From Catajapyx aquilonaris (lineage: Eukaryota), in the NCBI GenBank assembly GCA_000934665.2, contig KZ538436.1:1-64000 (forward strand): a stretch of DNA of 64,000 nucleotides, read 5' to 3'. The translations under genes were made by a program, and so were the position numbers. Positions 63,464 through 64,000 of the stretch are shown piece by piece (within the stretch, counting starts at the first letter, position 1; each line of letters opens with the position of its first letter). Under the pieces are notes generated by a model. That model had not been told where the DNA came from. It saw only the letters and a program-made list of their open reading frames with translations, and searched no databases.

Positions 63464-64000
63464 CAGGGTGTACATGATGCCTGGAACTTTGTGGGGATAG
63501 GAGAATAACAATTTGAGAAGTTGATATCTTTATGGCCACTATGGGATATGCCGCTGTAGGCAAAGGCTCCCCACCTTTGCATTATTTCATATCTTGCACA
63601 GAACACTGGCGTCGCGAAACTGAACATGCACGTTCTTCTGCAACTTTCCATGTTTGACATTTTTACTTGACAAACGGATCAGGCTGTGTGGCGAAAGCCA
63701 CATTCAAAATAATATCAAGAAGACAAATGTCAAGTTAACATTTTTGTATTACTCAGGTTCTGCAAAGCACAAGGGAGATCTATTTCGCTTATGCCTTATT
63801 CGCTGGCAAAAGTGGAGAGAGGTCGCAATATTTTGCAATTTATGCACCGTCAGTAAATTGTAGCATAATCCACTTCGACATGGTCCACTCAGATGAAAGT
63901 GAGTAAATCAACCACACAAAAATTATTGTCAAAAATTAGTGCTGATAACATTCGAAAAAAATTCGGACATGTCTCATCCACCAGTGTTTTAAATGGCTCA
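63464..64000 (+). mobile_element. Decayed Tc1/mariner-superfamily transposon (maT/rosa-like), truncated by the window end
   Basis: Starts TA|CAGGGTG. Ordered remnants NTGV; AVWRKP..SRRQ; IFC; FDMVHSDES (SDES at 63889-63900); IN..SADN (cf. TGSV..SP..S.RR..FC..FSDE..VN.HN...W..ENP). Confidence 0.45.

Noticed and set aside
63279..63660. Poly-Ile / poly-Leu transmembrane-like ORFs
   Set aside because: Translations of the (TAA)21 microsatellite.
427..63863. ORF track entries as host genes
   Set aside because: All are short (<=184 aa), overlap on both strands, often use non-ATG starts and lack recognisable domains, apart from the TE remnants noted. This is consistent with chance ORFs in non-coding DNA.

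Overview
Eukaryotic, probably invertebrate-animal, genomic DNA. CpG is intact, there are many G/C homopolymers with single-N ambiguities, and there is one 208-N gap. I find no intact protein-coding gene, rRNA, true tRNA or CRISPR array, and no ORF in the supplied track looks like an intact host protein. The window reads as a large intron or gene-poor region in which AT-rich, transposon-rich blocks alternate with more GC-rich blocks where I recognised few repeats. Well supported: several foldback MITEs (a TA/CAGGGTG Tc1-mariner-type family, a pogo-like element, a Harbinger-like element and an 8-bp-TSD P-like element), a 500-bp near-perfect inverted repeat, a 58-bp perfect palindrome, two tRNA-derived SINEs with 15-16 bp TSDs and a 59-bp retro-insertion with a 17-bp TSD. 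Less certain: many decayed LINE (RTE, CR1/L2) and Tc1/mariner transposase fragments recognised by eye across frameshifts, and one candidate 49-bp minus-strand exon. The most interesting signals are a roughly 10-fold excess of the palindrome TAGGCCTA (possible excision footprint), a 3' tail shared by a LINE remnant, a SINE and a micro-insertion, and modular MITE/SINE architecture. I do not see a convincing new multi-gene system. All protein-family calls come from remembered motifs, not database searches.
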